From the NCBI GenBank assembly GCA_023701205.1, contig JAMPXJ010000009.1, positions 30,008 through 94,007 on the forward strand: a stretch of 64,000 nucleotides of DNA, written 5' to 3'. Shown here piece by piece: positions 19,756-28,916 of this stretch (position 1 is the first letter of the stretch; each line of letters begins with the position of its first letter). The notes below the pieces were generated by a model that saw nothing but the letters and a program-made list of their open reading frames with translations, ran no database searches and was not told the origin of the DNA. The stretch comes from Oligoflexia bacterium. Its GTDB lineage: Bacteria > Bdellovibrionota > UBA1018. Position numbers and translations under genes: made by a program.

Positions 19756-20162
19756 GATCCGGATCTCTCCCTCGGGCTCAGCCGCTCGACACGCTCCTCG
19801 ACGGCCGCGCGGAGCTCCTTGAGCGTGAAAGGCTTGGAGATCACCCGTCCGGGCGGCAGCGCCGCCAGGAACTCCTGCGAGGCGGCGCCCACGGCTCCGC
19901 CGGACATGAAAACCATCCGCTCCGCCGCGGCCGGGAGCTCCTGCCGGAGCCTCTCGAACAGCTCCATTCCGTTCATCCCGGGCATCATCAGGTCGCAGAG
20001 AATCACGTCGTAGGCTTCCCCCTGCCGTGCCCGCCCCCGGATCCATTCCAGCGCCTCGGCTCCGTCTCCCAGCGCGAGCGCGTCATGCCGCGACGCCAAC
20101 GCGAACTGGATCGAGTCGCGGAGCCCTTCCTCGTCGTCCACGATCAGGATCCGCGCCATCAT
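19752..20162 (-). CDS. Single-domain CheY-like response regulator
   Basis: ILIVDDEEGL, ILCDLMMPGMNG, FMSGG and SKPF. The start overlaps the upstream stop. Confidence 0.8.
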   Translation of the reverse strand: MMARILIVDDEEGLRDSIQFALASRHDALALGDGAEALEWIRGRARQGEAYDVILCDLMMPGMNGMELFERLRQELPAAAERMVFMSGGAVGAASQEFLAALPPGRVISKPFTLKELRAAVEERVERLSPRERSGS

Positions 20163-20899
20163 CGATCCTCGCGGTCTTCCGAAGGGGCTTCCGAAGAGCT
20201 CGCCGGCGCCGCCTCGGAGCTCCGGGGTGCCGTGCGTACCATGTAGCCTGCCCGGAAAATCGTCTTGATCTCCCCGCTGAAGCCCTTGAGCTTGCGCCGC
20301 AGATGAGCGACGTGCGTATCGATCGTGCGGCTCGAGACGACCGCATCGGGCCAAAGATCGCCCAGGAGCCGCTCCCGGCTGATCAGCTCGTTGGCGTGTT
20401 CCAGGAAATACTGCAGCAGGCGCACCTCGATCTGCGTGAGCTCCACGCTCGCGCCGCCGACGGTCACCTCGGAGGATTTCGGATCGAAGACGAGATTGCC
20501 CGCCTCGAGGCGCTCGCCGAGCTTGCGGTCGCTTTCGGAGCGGCGTAGCCGCGCGTTGATCCGCGCGATCAGCTCGCGCGCCTCGAAGGGCTTGGTCACG
20601 TAATCGTCCGCTCCGAGCTCCAGGCCCATGACGCGGCTCTCGGTCTCGCCTTCGCCCGTAAGCATGATGATGGGAATATCGCGGGTGATCAGCTTGCCGC
20701 GCAGCCTGCGACAGACCTCGAAGCCGTCGATTTCAGGCATCCGCAGGTCGACGAGGATCAGATGCGGCTTGTGCTCGCACGCCAGCCGGATCCCCTCGGC
20801 GCCCGAAGAGGCCGCGATCGGCTCGAAATGCGCGGAAAGCAGCTGGGAAACCGATTGGAGAAATGCCGGATCGTCCTCGATGATCAGAACCCGTTTCAT
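20159..20899 (-). CDS. OmpR/PhoB-family DNA-binding response regulator
   Basis: VLIIEDDP, ILVDLRMPEIDG, YVTKPF, and a winged-helix C-terminus RTIDTHVAHLRRKL ... GYM. Confidence 0.9.
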   Translation of the reverse strand: MKRVLIIEDDPAFLQSVSQLLSAHFEPIAASSGAEGIRLACEHKPHLILVDLRMPEIDGFEVCRRLRGKLITRDIPIIMLTGEGETESRVMGLELGADDYVTKPFEARELIARINARLRRSESDRKLGERLEAGNLVFDPKSSEVTVGGASVELTQIEVRLLQYFLEHANELISRERLLGDLWPDAVVSSRTIDTHVAHLRRKLKGFSGEIKTIFRAGYMVRTAPRSSEAAPASSSEAPSEDREDR

Positions 20900-20972
20900 A
20901 CCGTCTAGCCAGTATAAGCCCGGGGATGAGCGGCTCAAACCGGAAACGTTCCCTCCCGGCTCAAAAAGCGCT

Positions 20973-22289
20973 ATGTTGCCCCTCATGCGGTTTCCCATTC
21001 TGCTCGCTCTCGCCAGTTTCTTGACGCTGAACCCGGCCGCGCGCGCCACTCCGGTGGTGCGGCTCGCGGAGATCCGCGGCGGGATCAATCCTGCCACGGC
21101 AAGCTATCTGAGATCCGCGCTGACCCGAGCCGAGGCCGAGGACGCGCAGGCGCTGCTCATCGAGCTGGACACCCCGGGCGGACTGCTTTCGAGCGTGCGG
21201 GACATGGCACAGGCAATGGACCAGGCCCGACTTCCGGTGATCGTCTTCGTGACCCCGGCCGGCGCTTCGGCCACCTCGGCGGGCGCCCTGCTCATGCTCG
21301 CCTCGCATGTCGCCGCCATGGCTCCCGGAACGAATATCGGCGCCGCGCATCCGGTGGGTCCGCAGGGCGAGGACATCCAGGGCGACCTCGGGACCAAGGC
21401 ACTCAACGACACGGCCGCTTTCGCGCGGGGCCTCGCCGAGCAGCACGGCCGCAACCGCGAGCTCGCCGACGCGATCGTGGCGCGGAGCCGAAGCCTCAGC
21501 GCGCGCGAGGCGCTCGACCAGAAGCTCATCGAGCTCCTGGCCACCGACCGCGCCGAGCTGCTGTCGCGCCTCGAAGGGCGCGAGGTCCGCCTGGCCCAGG
21601 GCCGGACGCACACCCTGCGGCTCCGGGGCGCCGAGCTTCGCCCCACCGAGATGAGCGCCGGCCAAAGGCTGCTGAGCCTCCTGGCCCACCCCAATATCGC
21701 GGCGATCCTCATGTCCCTCGGAATCTTCCTGATCTACCTCGAGCTTTCCAATCCGGGCATCACGCTGGCCGGGATCTCCGGCGCGATCTGCCTCCTGATC
21801 GCGCTCATGTCCCTCCAGCTGCTGCCCATCCACGCCGGCGGACTCGCCCTGCTCCTGCTGGGGGCGGCCTTGATCCTGGCCGAGCCGTTCATCGTTTCCC
21901 ATGGCGTCCTCGGCGTCGGCGGCGCCATCTCGTTCGCGCTCGGCCTGCTGTGGATCATGGATCGCTCCTCCTCCTCCCTGCGCGTGAGCCCGGAAGTCTG
22001 GGTCCCCATCGCGCTCGGGCTGGTCTCGGGCGTGCTGCTCATCGCCTTCGCCGCGGCCCGCATGAAACGGCTTACGCGCGAGACGCTGGCGAAAATCGGC
22101 GGCGGGGGCCTCGCGGGGCTCGCGGGTTACGAGGGTCATGTGGAAACCGTCGAGCCCGACGGACGAAGCGGAAGAGTCGCCTTCCGCGGCGAGCTCTGGG
22201 CCTTCCGGAGCGAGATCCCGCTCAAGCCGGGAGACGCCGTCCGGGCGATCCGGAGCGATGGCCTCGTCGTCGAGGTCACCCGCCGCTAG
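20973..22289 (+). CDS. NfeD-family membrane-bound serine protease (ClpP-class N-domain plus C-terminal OB-fold)
   Basis: Signal peptide, LIELDTPGGLL, ASATSAGALL, multi-TM middle, C-terminal GRVAFRGELWAFRS. An alternative start is at 20985. Confidence 0.85.
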   Translation: MLPLMRFPILLALASFLTLNPAARATPVVRLAEIRGGINPATASYLRSALTRAEAEDAQALLIELDTPGGLLSSVRDMAQAMDQARLPVIVFVTPAGASATSAGALLMLASHVAAMAPGTNIGAAHPVGPQGEDIQGDLGTKALNDTAAFARGLAEQHGRNRELADAIVARSRSLSAREALDQKLIELLATDRAELLSRLEGREVRLAQGRTHTLRLRGAELRPTEMSAGQRLLSLLAHPNIAAILMSLGIFLIYLELSNPGITLAGISGAICLLIALMSLQLLPIHAGGLALLLLGAALILAEPFIVSHGVLGVGGAISFALGLLWIMDRSSSSLRVSPEVWVPIALGLVSGVLLIAFAAARMKRLTRETLAKIGGGGLAGLAGYEGHVETVEPDGRSGRVAFRGELWAFRSEIPLKPGDAVRAIRSDGLVVEVTRR

Positions 22290-22499
22290 CGGCGCTTTCG
22301 TGCAACCTGCAAGCGCCCGCAACCGGTCCGCGCGAGTCTCCCGCGAGAGAGCGCGAAGGCGCGGTCCCCGCAAGGGTCCTCGAAAAACCCGGAAATCCCG
22401 CGCCAAACGCGGCCGCGCGCGCGAACACTTTCCGTCCGAAGTCCTTCGAGCGGGAATTGGTACAGCAGTTGCTCTCCGCTTCCGGCAGGAGGATTTAAA

Positions 22500-22736
22500 A
22501 TGGCCAAGAGCAATCCGAGACAGTCATCGTCCAGCAGTCGCAGGCAGGTGTTGGGTACCAGCAAACGCCGGCCGTCCCAGAGCCGTTCCCAAAGCATGAG
22601 CGTCACCAAGTCGCCGTCCTCGCGCCTCACGTCTTCGCGTTCGAAGACGACCTCGAAGCGGGGCTTCGCCGCGATGAGTCCGCAGAAGCGCAAGCAGATC
22701 GCCGCCAAAGGAGGTCGCGCGCGCCGCGCCGCCTGA
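22500..22736 (+). CDS. KGG-motif general-stress-type small protein, Ser/Arg-rich
   Basis: GGAGG 8 nt upstream of the ATG. C-terminal GFAAMSPQKRKQIAAKGG matches the stress-induced KGG repeat. Confidence 0.6.
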   Translation: MAKSNPRQSSSSSRRQVLGTSKRRPSQSRSQSMSVTKSPSSRLTSSRSKTTSKRGFAAMSPQKRKQIAAKGGRARRAA

Positions 22737-22971
22737 TCTCTCCCGTTCTCGCGTGACCCCTCCGGGACCGGAAGAACCCGCCGTTCCCGGAGGGCCTTAG
22801 GAGCTTTCTCCCCGGTCTTCCGGTTACCTTCCGGTACCTACTTTTCTTCCGCGACTCTTTTCCCTACTATTTTCACTCCGCAGGAATTTCCCGTCGTTTC
22901 GGCGCCGCCAATGCGCGTCGCCCGACAGCGCGGGACTGAAACGCCCTGGAACAACGAAAAAGGAGACTCCG

Positions 22972-23562
22972 ATGAAAACCATTCTGATCACGACCCTGGC
23001 GGCCTTCGCCGGCGCTACGGCGCTGGCTGCCGATTACTCCGTTGACCCCTCTCATTCCCGCATCGGCTTCTCGGTGCGCCACCTCATGAGCAAGGTGCCG
23101 GGGGAGTTCAAGGAGTTCGAAGGGAGCTTCAACTTCGACGAGAAGAAGCCCGAGGCCTCGAAGGTGAAGTTCTCCGCGAAGGCCGCGAGTGTCTTTACCA
23201 ATAACGAGAAGCGCGACGAGCATCTTCGCAGCGGCGACTTCTTCGACGCCGAAAAGACCCCGCTCGTGACGTTCGAAAGCAGGAAGGTCAAGCCCGCGGG
23301 CAAGGGCAAGTTCAAGCTCGAAGGCGATCTCACGATCCGCGGTATCGCCAAACCCGTCGTCCTCGACGTCGTTTACCACGGCATGGGCAAAGACCCCTGG
23401 GGCGGCAACCGCACGGGCTTCAACCTGACTTCCAAGATCAACCGCAAGGACTTCGGGATGGTCTTCAACAAGTCGCTCGACAACGGCGGCGTCCTCCTCG
23501 GCGACGACGTCATGCTGGATATCGACGTCGAGGCGCTCGAGAAGGCCGCCGAAAAGAAGTAA
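22972..23562 (+). CDS. YceI-family periplasmic polyisoprenoid-binding protein
   Basis: Signal peptide, YSVDPSHSRIGFSVRHLMSKVPGEF, RDEHLRSGDFFD. Confidence 0.9.
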   Translation: MKTILITTLAAFAGATALAADYSVDPSHSRIGFSVRHLMSKVPGEFKEFEGSFNFDEKKPEASKVKFSAKAASVFTNNEKRDEHLRSGDFFDAEKTPLVTFESRKVKPAGKGKFKLEGDLTIRGIAKPVVLDVVYHGMGKDPWGGNRTGFNLTSKINRKDFGMVFNKSLDNGGVLLGDDVMLDIDVEALEKAAEKK

Positions 23563-23594
23563 CCGTTCTCCTCCGGCCGGATCTCTTCAGTGCG

Positions 23595-24086
23595 CTAACC
23601 CGCGCGCTTGGAGAGGTCCGGCGCCTTCACCGCCACCTTGAGCGGATCCTTGCTCACGCCGACTTTCCCCTTGTCGTTCTTCGCGTAGATATTGGCCTCA
23701 TAGGTCGTCGTCTGGTTGCCGACGGCGAGCTTCTTGACGAGGTTGTCCGGCAGCGCCGCGCTCCAGGTCGAGCCGGCGACGTTCTTCATCGGCACCTCGA
23801 TGGGCACGTCGACGAAGCGCAGGCGGACATCCTTCACCTGCCCGCTGAAATCCTTCACCTCGGCGAGCACCTCGACCGGCTGGCGCGGCTTCAGATCGCG
23901 CGTCAGCTCGATCGTGCCCGGCTCGACGCGCGAGTTGAGCACGGTGGGACCCGCGGCTTTCATCTCTTCGGCCGACTTCTCCTGCCCGGTGATCTTCTTG
24001 ACGGTGGAGCACGAACTGAGCGGGGCAGCCCCGAACGCGACCAGCAAGGCCGCGATCGCCCCGGCATGGTTTCTATGGATTCTCAT
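23595..24086 (-). CDS. Hypothetical lipoprotein (163 aa)
   Basis: ATG at 24086 preceded by GGAGG. Lipobox LSSC. The longer ORF-track version is a fusion with antisense sequence of the MFS gene. Confidence 0.55.
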   Translation of the reverse strand: MRIHRNHAGAIAALLVAFGAAPLSSCSTVKKITGQEKSAEEMKAAGPTVLNSRVEPGTIELTRDLKPRQPVEVLAEVKDFSGQVKDVRLRFVDVPIEVPMKNVAGSTWSAALPDNLVKKLAVGNQTTTYEANIYAKNDKGKVGVSKDPLKVAVKAPDLSKRAG

Positions 24087-24121
24087 GGGAATTCCTCCGA
24101 TACCGGAGGTCACTGCAGCAG

Positions 24122-25426
24122 TCATTCCACCTTGAAAGCCGGCTTGAAACGACGGAAGCGCCAGAAGCCCCTGCTGCGTTCCTCCCCCGGCGACAGCGCG
24201 ACAAGCACGGCGAGCCGGACGAGCACCGCCGTACCCCAGAGCGCGCGGAAACCGCCGACCGGCTCGAGCCAGACGGCCAGCCGCCCTCCCAGCAGCGCCG
24301 CCAGCGCGCCCGCGATCCCGCAGCCGGCCGTGAACACCGAGAAATAAGCCGCGTTCCGCTCCCGCGGCACGACCGCGAAAAGAACGTTCGCGAGGCCCAG
24401 GACATAACCTGAAAAGGCGACGCCGCTCACGAAGTACTCCAGAGGCCCGGCCCAAGCGAGCAGCCCGCGACCGGCAAAGACGTAGAGCAGCGGGGCCACC
24501 GCCATCCAGCTTGCCGTGATCCGGAGCACCCGCGAAGGATCGCGCGACCGGTCGATCTTCCTCCCCCAGAAGCCCGCAGCCACCAGACAGCCGAAGCTGG
24601 TGAGCAGGCTCCACACCGCGACGGTTCGCATCGGGAAATCCAGCTCTCGCGTCAGGAAGTAAGGGAAGTACGAGCCAGCGAGCTGAAGGGCCCCGTGAAA
24701 GGCGGCTCCGAAAAAAAGCACGCGCCGGAACGCGGGGTCCCGCAGCGGCTCCCGCACGGCTTCCCCGAAGCGCTGCGGGCTCGCGGACGCGGCGCGCGAC
24801 TCGGGCACGCGCGAAAGCAGCCAGGTCGAAAGCGTCGCCGCCACGATCGCCAGCAGCGCGAGCGCCGCGAAGCCGGCGTAATAGCCGCCCGGGCGCCAGC
24901 CCACCCAGTAGGAGGCCAGCAGGTGCGCCAGGATGATCGCGCCCATCACGAAGCGCTGCCGGAAGCCATAGAATCTCCCGCGGAACCGCGCCGGCACGAG
25001 GCTGAGCGTCCAGGATTGCCAGGCCGCCGCGCTGGAGGTCGCCAGGAGCGAATAGGCGCAGGCGATTCCCGCCGTGATCGCGAACCAGGTGTTCACCGGG
25101 AACGCCGCTCCCTCGCGGTACTGGCGAAGCGCGAAGAAGCCCGCAAAGAACATCGGCACGAGCCAGAGCGAACGCGCGGCCGTCGCGACGCGCAAGGTGT
25201 AGCTCTTGAGGGAAGGCACCCGGCCCAGGAACCACAGCCCGAGCAGCTGTCCGACCGAGCCGATCCATGGCGCCGCGGCGAGCAGGCTTACGAGGCCCAC
25301 GTCGATCCGGAGCTCGCCGGCGAGTCCGGCAAGATAGGTCGGGCCCACCCACGTTTCCAGCGCGAGCGCGAAGGCCCCTTCCCAGCAAAGGAGCTGAAAG
25401 ATTCTCCTGAAACCCTTGGACTTCAT
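24122..25426 (-). CDS. MFS-type transporter
   Basis: About 12 hydrophobic segments over 434 aa. Confidence 0.7.
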   Translation of the reverse strand: MKSKGFRRIFQLLCWEGAFALALETWVGPTYLAGLAGELRIDVGLVSLLAAAPWIGSVGQLLGLWFLGRVPSLKSYTLRVATAARSLWLVPMFFAGFFALRQYREGAAFPVNTWFAITAGIACAYSLLATSSAAAWQSWTLSLVPARFRGRFYGFRQRFVMGAIILAHLLASYWVGWRPGGYYAGFAALALLAIVAATLSTWLLSRVPESRAASASPQRFGEAVREPLRDPAFRRVLFFGAAFHGALQLAGSYFPYFLTRELDFPMRTVAVWSLLTSFGCLVAAGFWGRKIDRSRDPSRVLRITASWMAVAPLLYVFAGRGLLAWAGPLEYFVSGVAFSGYVLGLANVLFAVVPRERNAAYFSVFTAGCGIAGALAALLGGRLAVWLEPVGGFRALWGTAVLVRLAVLVALSPGEERSRGFWRFRRFKPAFKVE

Positions 25427-25455
25427 CTGTGTACCGCCTCGCGCCGCCTACCGGC

Positions 25456-26103
25456 TCATGCCGGCTCGGAAACTTTCGCCGACCTCGCCTTGAACCAGAG
25501 CACGAACCCGTAAAGCGCGCCGAAGAGCACCACGGCCACGACGAACCACAGGAGCTTGGCCTTGATGACCGACATCATCGCCTCAGGCGACTGCAGGAGC
25601 TCGGGGTGGCCACCGATGACCTCCTGGCCGAACCAGGCCAGCACCCAGCACCACAGCCCGGCCCCCACGATCGTCGCGGCGCTGAAGGCCCAGAAGGGCA
25701 TCCGGAGGATTCCCGCCGGAATCGAGATCAGGTGCCGGACGACGGGCAGGAGCCTCGCCACGAAGATCCCGGGCACGCCGTAGCGGGAAACCCACGCCTG
25801 CGCCATCTCGAGCTTCTTTTCGGGAACGAGGAAATACTTGCCATAGCGCCGCAGCAGCGGCAAGCCGATCGCCATCGAAAACCAGTAATTGAGCACCGAC
25901 CCCACGTAGCTTCCCACGGTACCGGCCAGGACCACGCCCGCGAAGCTCATCTTCCCCTGTGCCGCCCAGAAGGCCGCCGGAGGCATGACGATCTCGGAGG
26001 GGACCGGGATGATCGTGCTTTCCATGGCCATGAGGAGGAAGACTCCCCAGTAACCCCAATTCTCGACCCAGCCGAACCAGATCCGTACGAGCTCATGAAG
26101 CAT
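25456..26103 (-). CDS. DedA-family membrane protein
   Basis: ESTIIPVPSEIVMP and ARLLPVVRHLISIPAG motifs. Confidence 0.85.
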   Translation of the reverse strand: MLHELVRIWFGWVENWGYWGVFLLMAMESTIIPVPSEIVMPPAAFWAAQGKMSFAGVVLAGTVGSYVGSVLNYWFSMAIGLPLLRRYGKYFLVPEKKLEMAQAWVSRYGVPGIFVARLLPVVRHLISIPAGILRMPFWAFSAATIVGAGLWCWVLAWFGQEVIGGHPELLQSPEAMMSVIKAKLLWFVVAVVLFGALYGFVLWFKARSAKVSEPA

Positions 26104-26166
26104 GAGCCGGATTTTAGCGCAAAAATGTTTAAAGAAAATATCAATTCCTGGTTATAATCGCCCTTA

Positions 26167-27003
26167 ATGCCCAAGATCCTCGTCGCCACCCCCGATGCCG
26201 AAGAGCTCGAGCTGATCCTGCAGACGCTCGCCCGCGAGAAGCACGCGGTCACCCGCGCGACCAACGCGCAGGAGGCATTGTCGCGGCTGCGCACCGAGAA
26301 GTTCGACGCCATCTTCTCGGACACGCGCATGCCCCGGCTGAGCGGCACGGACCTGGTGAACGCGCTGATGACCCTGACGATCAACACCGAGACGCCGGTC
26401 GTCGCCATGAGTGCCCACGAGGAGGACTTCCAGCTCCTGCTCATCACGCATGCCAAGGAGAAGATCCACTTCCTCACCAAGCCGCTCACGATCGAAGCGA
26501 TCGTCAAGAGCCTGCGCGCCGCGCTCCCCTCGAAGCTGAACGTCGATTTCGTCAATCCGGTGCTCGACGCCACGATCCATACGATCAGCTCGATGACCGG
26601 CCTCGCGGTCAATCCCGGCAAGCCCTATGTGAAGAAACGCGGCGAGCCCAGCGGCGATATCAGCGGAATCGTCGGCGTGACGAGCGCGGGCTTCAAGGGT
26701 ACGATCGCCCTCACCTTCCCGTCGACGACTTTCCTGACGGTCGTCTCCAAGATGCTCGGAATGGAATTCACCGAGATCAACGAGGAGAACAAGGACGCGG
26801 TCACCGAGCTGCTCAACATCATCTTCGGGCAGGCCAGAAAGACCCTGAACGCCCGCGGCCTCGGGATCCAGTCGGCCATCCCCACCATCATCACCGGCGT
26901 GGGCCATGCCGTGGACCACAAGTCCACCTACCCCTGCCTCTGCCTGGAGTTCGAGATCCCCGACGTCGGCCGCTTCAAGGTCGAGGTCTGCGTCCGGGCC
27001 TGA
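26167..27003 (+). CDS. Response-regulator receiver domain fused to a CheX-like domain
   Basis: REC motifs (FSDTRMP, VVAMSAH, LTKP). The C-terminal half (VNPVLDATIHTISSMTG ... ELLNIIFGQA) resembles the CheX phosphatase fold. Confidence 0.65.
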   Translation: MPKILVATPDAEELELILQTLAREKHAVTRATNAQEALSRLRTEKFDAIFSDTRMPRLSGTDLVNALMTLTINTETPVVAMSAHEEDFQLLLITHAKEKIHFLTKPLTIEAIVKSLRAALPSKLNVDFVNPVLDATIHTISSMTGLAVNPGKPYVKKRGEPSGDISGIVGVTSAGFKGTIALTFPSTTFLTVVSKMLGMEFTEINEENKDAVTELLNIIFGQARKTLNARGLGIQSAIPTIITGVGHAVDHKSTYPCLCLEFEIPDVGRFKVEVCVRA

Positions 27004-27074
27004 TCTTCAGCCTTGCAAAAGCCCCCCGCCTGGCCTATACCCAAATTCCCGCCGCATCCTCATGCGCCATCAGT

Positions 27075-27149
27075 GCGAGTGTAGCTCAGCGGGAGAGCAC
27101 GCCCTTCACACGGGCGGGGTCACAGGTTCAATCCCTGTCACTCGCACCA
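27075..27149 (+). tRNA. tRNA-Val (anticodon CAC), CCA encoded
   Basis: Hand-folded cloverleaf: acceptor GCGAGTG/CACTCGC, D arm GCTC-AGCGGGA-GAGC, anticodon arm CGCCC-TTCACAC-GGGCG, variable GGGTC, T arm ACAGG-TTCAATC-CCTGT, then A-CCA. Confidence 0.9.
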
Positions 27150-27445
27150 TTTCAAAAATCCAACCCAACCAGAAAATAACGTTACACCCACAAACGAGAC
27201 CCCTCCCTACCCGAGGCGGAAAACTCGTTTGAAATGGTGCGCCTTGAGCGAAGCGCCGCAGGCGCGGAGCGGAAGATAAAACAGTCCAGCGGACTGTTTT
27301 GTACCTTATGACAGGGATAGCGGAGGCCAGGATGGCCGAAGCGGTGAAAGGCGGAAGACGCGGGGAGCCCGCTTGCGGGCCGCGTCTGAGCCCGGGCTGC
27401 AGCCCGAGCACGGCAGTGCGAGGAGCGGAAGCCAATCCCTGTCAC
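27129..27445. repeat. Cluster of tRNA-end repeats: 13-nt direct repeat of the T-arm and 14-nt inverted repeat of the acceptor end plus trailer
   Basis: CAATCCCTGTCAC occurs at 27129-27141 and 27433-27445. CGCACCATTTCAAA at 27143-27156 has its reverse complement TTTGAAATGGTGCG at 27228-27241. TGACAGGGAT (27308-27317) pairs with ATCCCTGTCA (27435-27444). Confidence 0.6.
27277..27299. terminator. Intrinsic-terminator-like hairpin (A-tract / stem-loop / T-tract, potentially bidirectional)
   Basis: AAAACAGTCC-AGC-GGACTGTTTT is a perfect 10-bp stem including the A/T tracts. Confidence 0.45.
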
Positions 27446-27601
27446 GGCATCCTGGGAAAGGGAGAGATTTTGAAATCAATTCGGCCGCGAACCGAGACAG
27501 TTCAGCCCTGCAGCAGCCGGATATTATTAGTTAGTTCTATTGCAGAACGAAAATAGGAGCCAATCGTTCTACGGGAGAACGAAATCTTAACTCGTTGTTA
27601 T

Positions 27602-28675
27602 TCAAGCCGCGCCGTCACAAAGATCGGCGGCAACCTCTACACCACGAGCTCGAAACTGCACGCTCAGGTCCTTGCACCAAGCTGTAGACACTAAACTCGC
27701 CTGCCTCAATACCTCGGAGGCTAAATCCGAATAGCCAGAGAATTCCGGCAGCCCGGCAATTGCCTTGAGATAAACCATTTCAACCAGTCCAAACCCTAGA
27801 GAAACAGCCGAGCCCCAAAGAGGCTGATTAACCGCCGCCGAGGCCAAGTACGGATCAGGCAGTTCCATTGCCTCAGGCATCAGTGGATTCGCAAGCCATC
27901 CCTGCAGAAGCGCGACCGTAGCCGGATAGTGTTTCGAGTAAATGCTCGATTTCACCTTTCGTTCGAACTGGTACCGCAACGTAGGGGCATCCTCGACGAG
28001 GTTAACGTACCGGTTCACGTCAATTGAAGCGTCGAACCAGTCATATTTGCCGATCAGCGGCTCTCCCAGGTAAAGAGCGGCAAGCAAATTGGCCGTCCCC
28101 TCTAGGACACCGCTCTGCCCGGCTAACTTCCGCCAGTCCTTCGGCGGGTACTCAATGAGTTCCGAAACACTCTTTTTGAGAAGATGCAAATGCAAGGCAT
28201 GCCCGATCTCATGCGCAATTATAGTTGGATCAAGTGCAGGCTGCGCAAAACTAAGGGCAACCTCCGCTGAACTCATAGTCCCACCGCCCGGCTCACCTTG
28301 CGAGTCACCTTTTGCGAGATGAATCACCACCCCGCGGAGCTCGGGCTGCCCCAAACCCTTCAAAATTGAGTTGTAATGTCGAACCTGGGCCGTCGCATAA
28401 TAATAGGTATGCACCCAGGCCATCCGATCGTCCTGGGTCGGAAAACAGAAACAGCCACTCTCGTCAGGAGTAAATTCGGTCGGGATGTTAACTATGGAAA
28501 CGGCCTCGTTCCTCAAGACACCACCTTGGAATTCCGGAAGCCTGACCTTGGTCGTTGTCGCCCCCTCAGTTTTCCACACACCGATCATGCCCATTGGGCT
28601 ATCGAGTGCCATGATCTCTTGGGTGCTCAAGACCAAACTGCATACGAAAAGCGCAAAAGCTCGTACAAAGCTCAT
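27602..28675 (-). CDS. Secreted HExxH zinc-metalloprotease-like protein (gluzincin-like)
   Basis: Signal peptide. IIAHEIGHALHLH is followed by GVLEGTANLLA, a candidate third-ligand Glu. G+C looks lower than in the flanks. Confidence 0.6.
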   Translation of the reverse strand: MSFVRAFALFVCSLVLSTQEIMALDSPMGMIGVWKTEGATTTKVRLPEFQGGVLRNEAVSIVNIPTEFTPDESGCFCFPTQDDRMAWVHTYYYATAQVRHYNSILKGLGQPELRGVVIHLAKGDSQGEPGGGTMSSAEVALSFAQPALDPTIIAHEIGHALHLHLLKKSVSELIEYPPKDWRKLAGQSGVLEGTANLLAALYLGEPLIGKYDWFDASIDVNRYVNLVEDAPTLRYQFERKVKSSIYSKHYPATVALLQGWLANPLMPEAMELPDPYLASAAVNQPLWGSAVSLGFGLVEMVYLKAIAGLPEFSGYSDLASEVLRQASLVSTAWCKDLSVQFRARGVEVAADLCDGAA

Positions 28676-28916
28676 GGAGAGGATTCCTAACAGAAGGGAA
28701 ACCGTTCAACAATCCAATCAGCTCCCCCGAAATATTTTGAACTCAAATCTAAAAACTGCTACCTCCCGCCCAAGTTCAAAGGAGGTCCGCCATGAAAAAC
28801 ATCTCCATCGGTTCCGACGCGGCCTTCCTGTCTTTCGCGGGCTGAGGCAGCGCGGAATCCTCCAAAATTCGCCGATATTCCATACCTGAGACCAGATCAT
28901 CTGGGTCGCGCAGCCC

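Noticed and set aside
20628-20972. 5' extension of the NfeD ORF, and the 5' extensions of the response-regulator ORFs (to 21097 and 20354) and the PilZ ORF (to 20046).
   Set aside because: The extensions overlap neighbouring genes and lack protein-like sequence. The internal ATGs give canonical N-termini and stop/start coupling.
22286-22708. 140-aa minus-strand ORF overlapping the KGG stress-protein gene.
   Set aside because: The plus-strand ORF has a good RBS and a recognisable KGG motif. The minus ORF has neither.
22758-22794. 9-bp GC stem (CCCTCCGGG ... CCCGGAGGG) after the KGG gene as a terminator.
   Set aside because: The loop is about 19 nt and there is no T-tract, so it is not a convincing intrinsic terminator.
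23595-25388. 597-aa minus-strand ORF.
   Set aside because: It is a chimera. Only the last 163 codons (from ATG 24086, with RBS and lipobox) look real. The rest is an alternate frame of the MFS transporter gene.
27311-27445. Possible second tRNA (Ser/Leu/Sec-like) or SRP/tmRNA, because ATGGCCGAAGCGGTGAAAGGCGG resembles a class II tRNA D-arm and the 3' part repeats the tRNA-Val T-arm.
   Set aside because: I could not fold a cloverleaf (no anticodon arm, no TTCRA T-loop, no acceptor pairing). The SRP domain IV and tmRNA signatures are also absent. It is kept only as a structured or repeat region.
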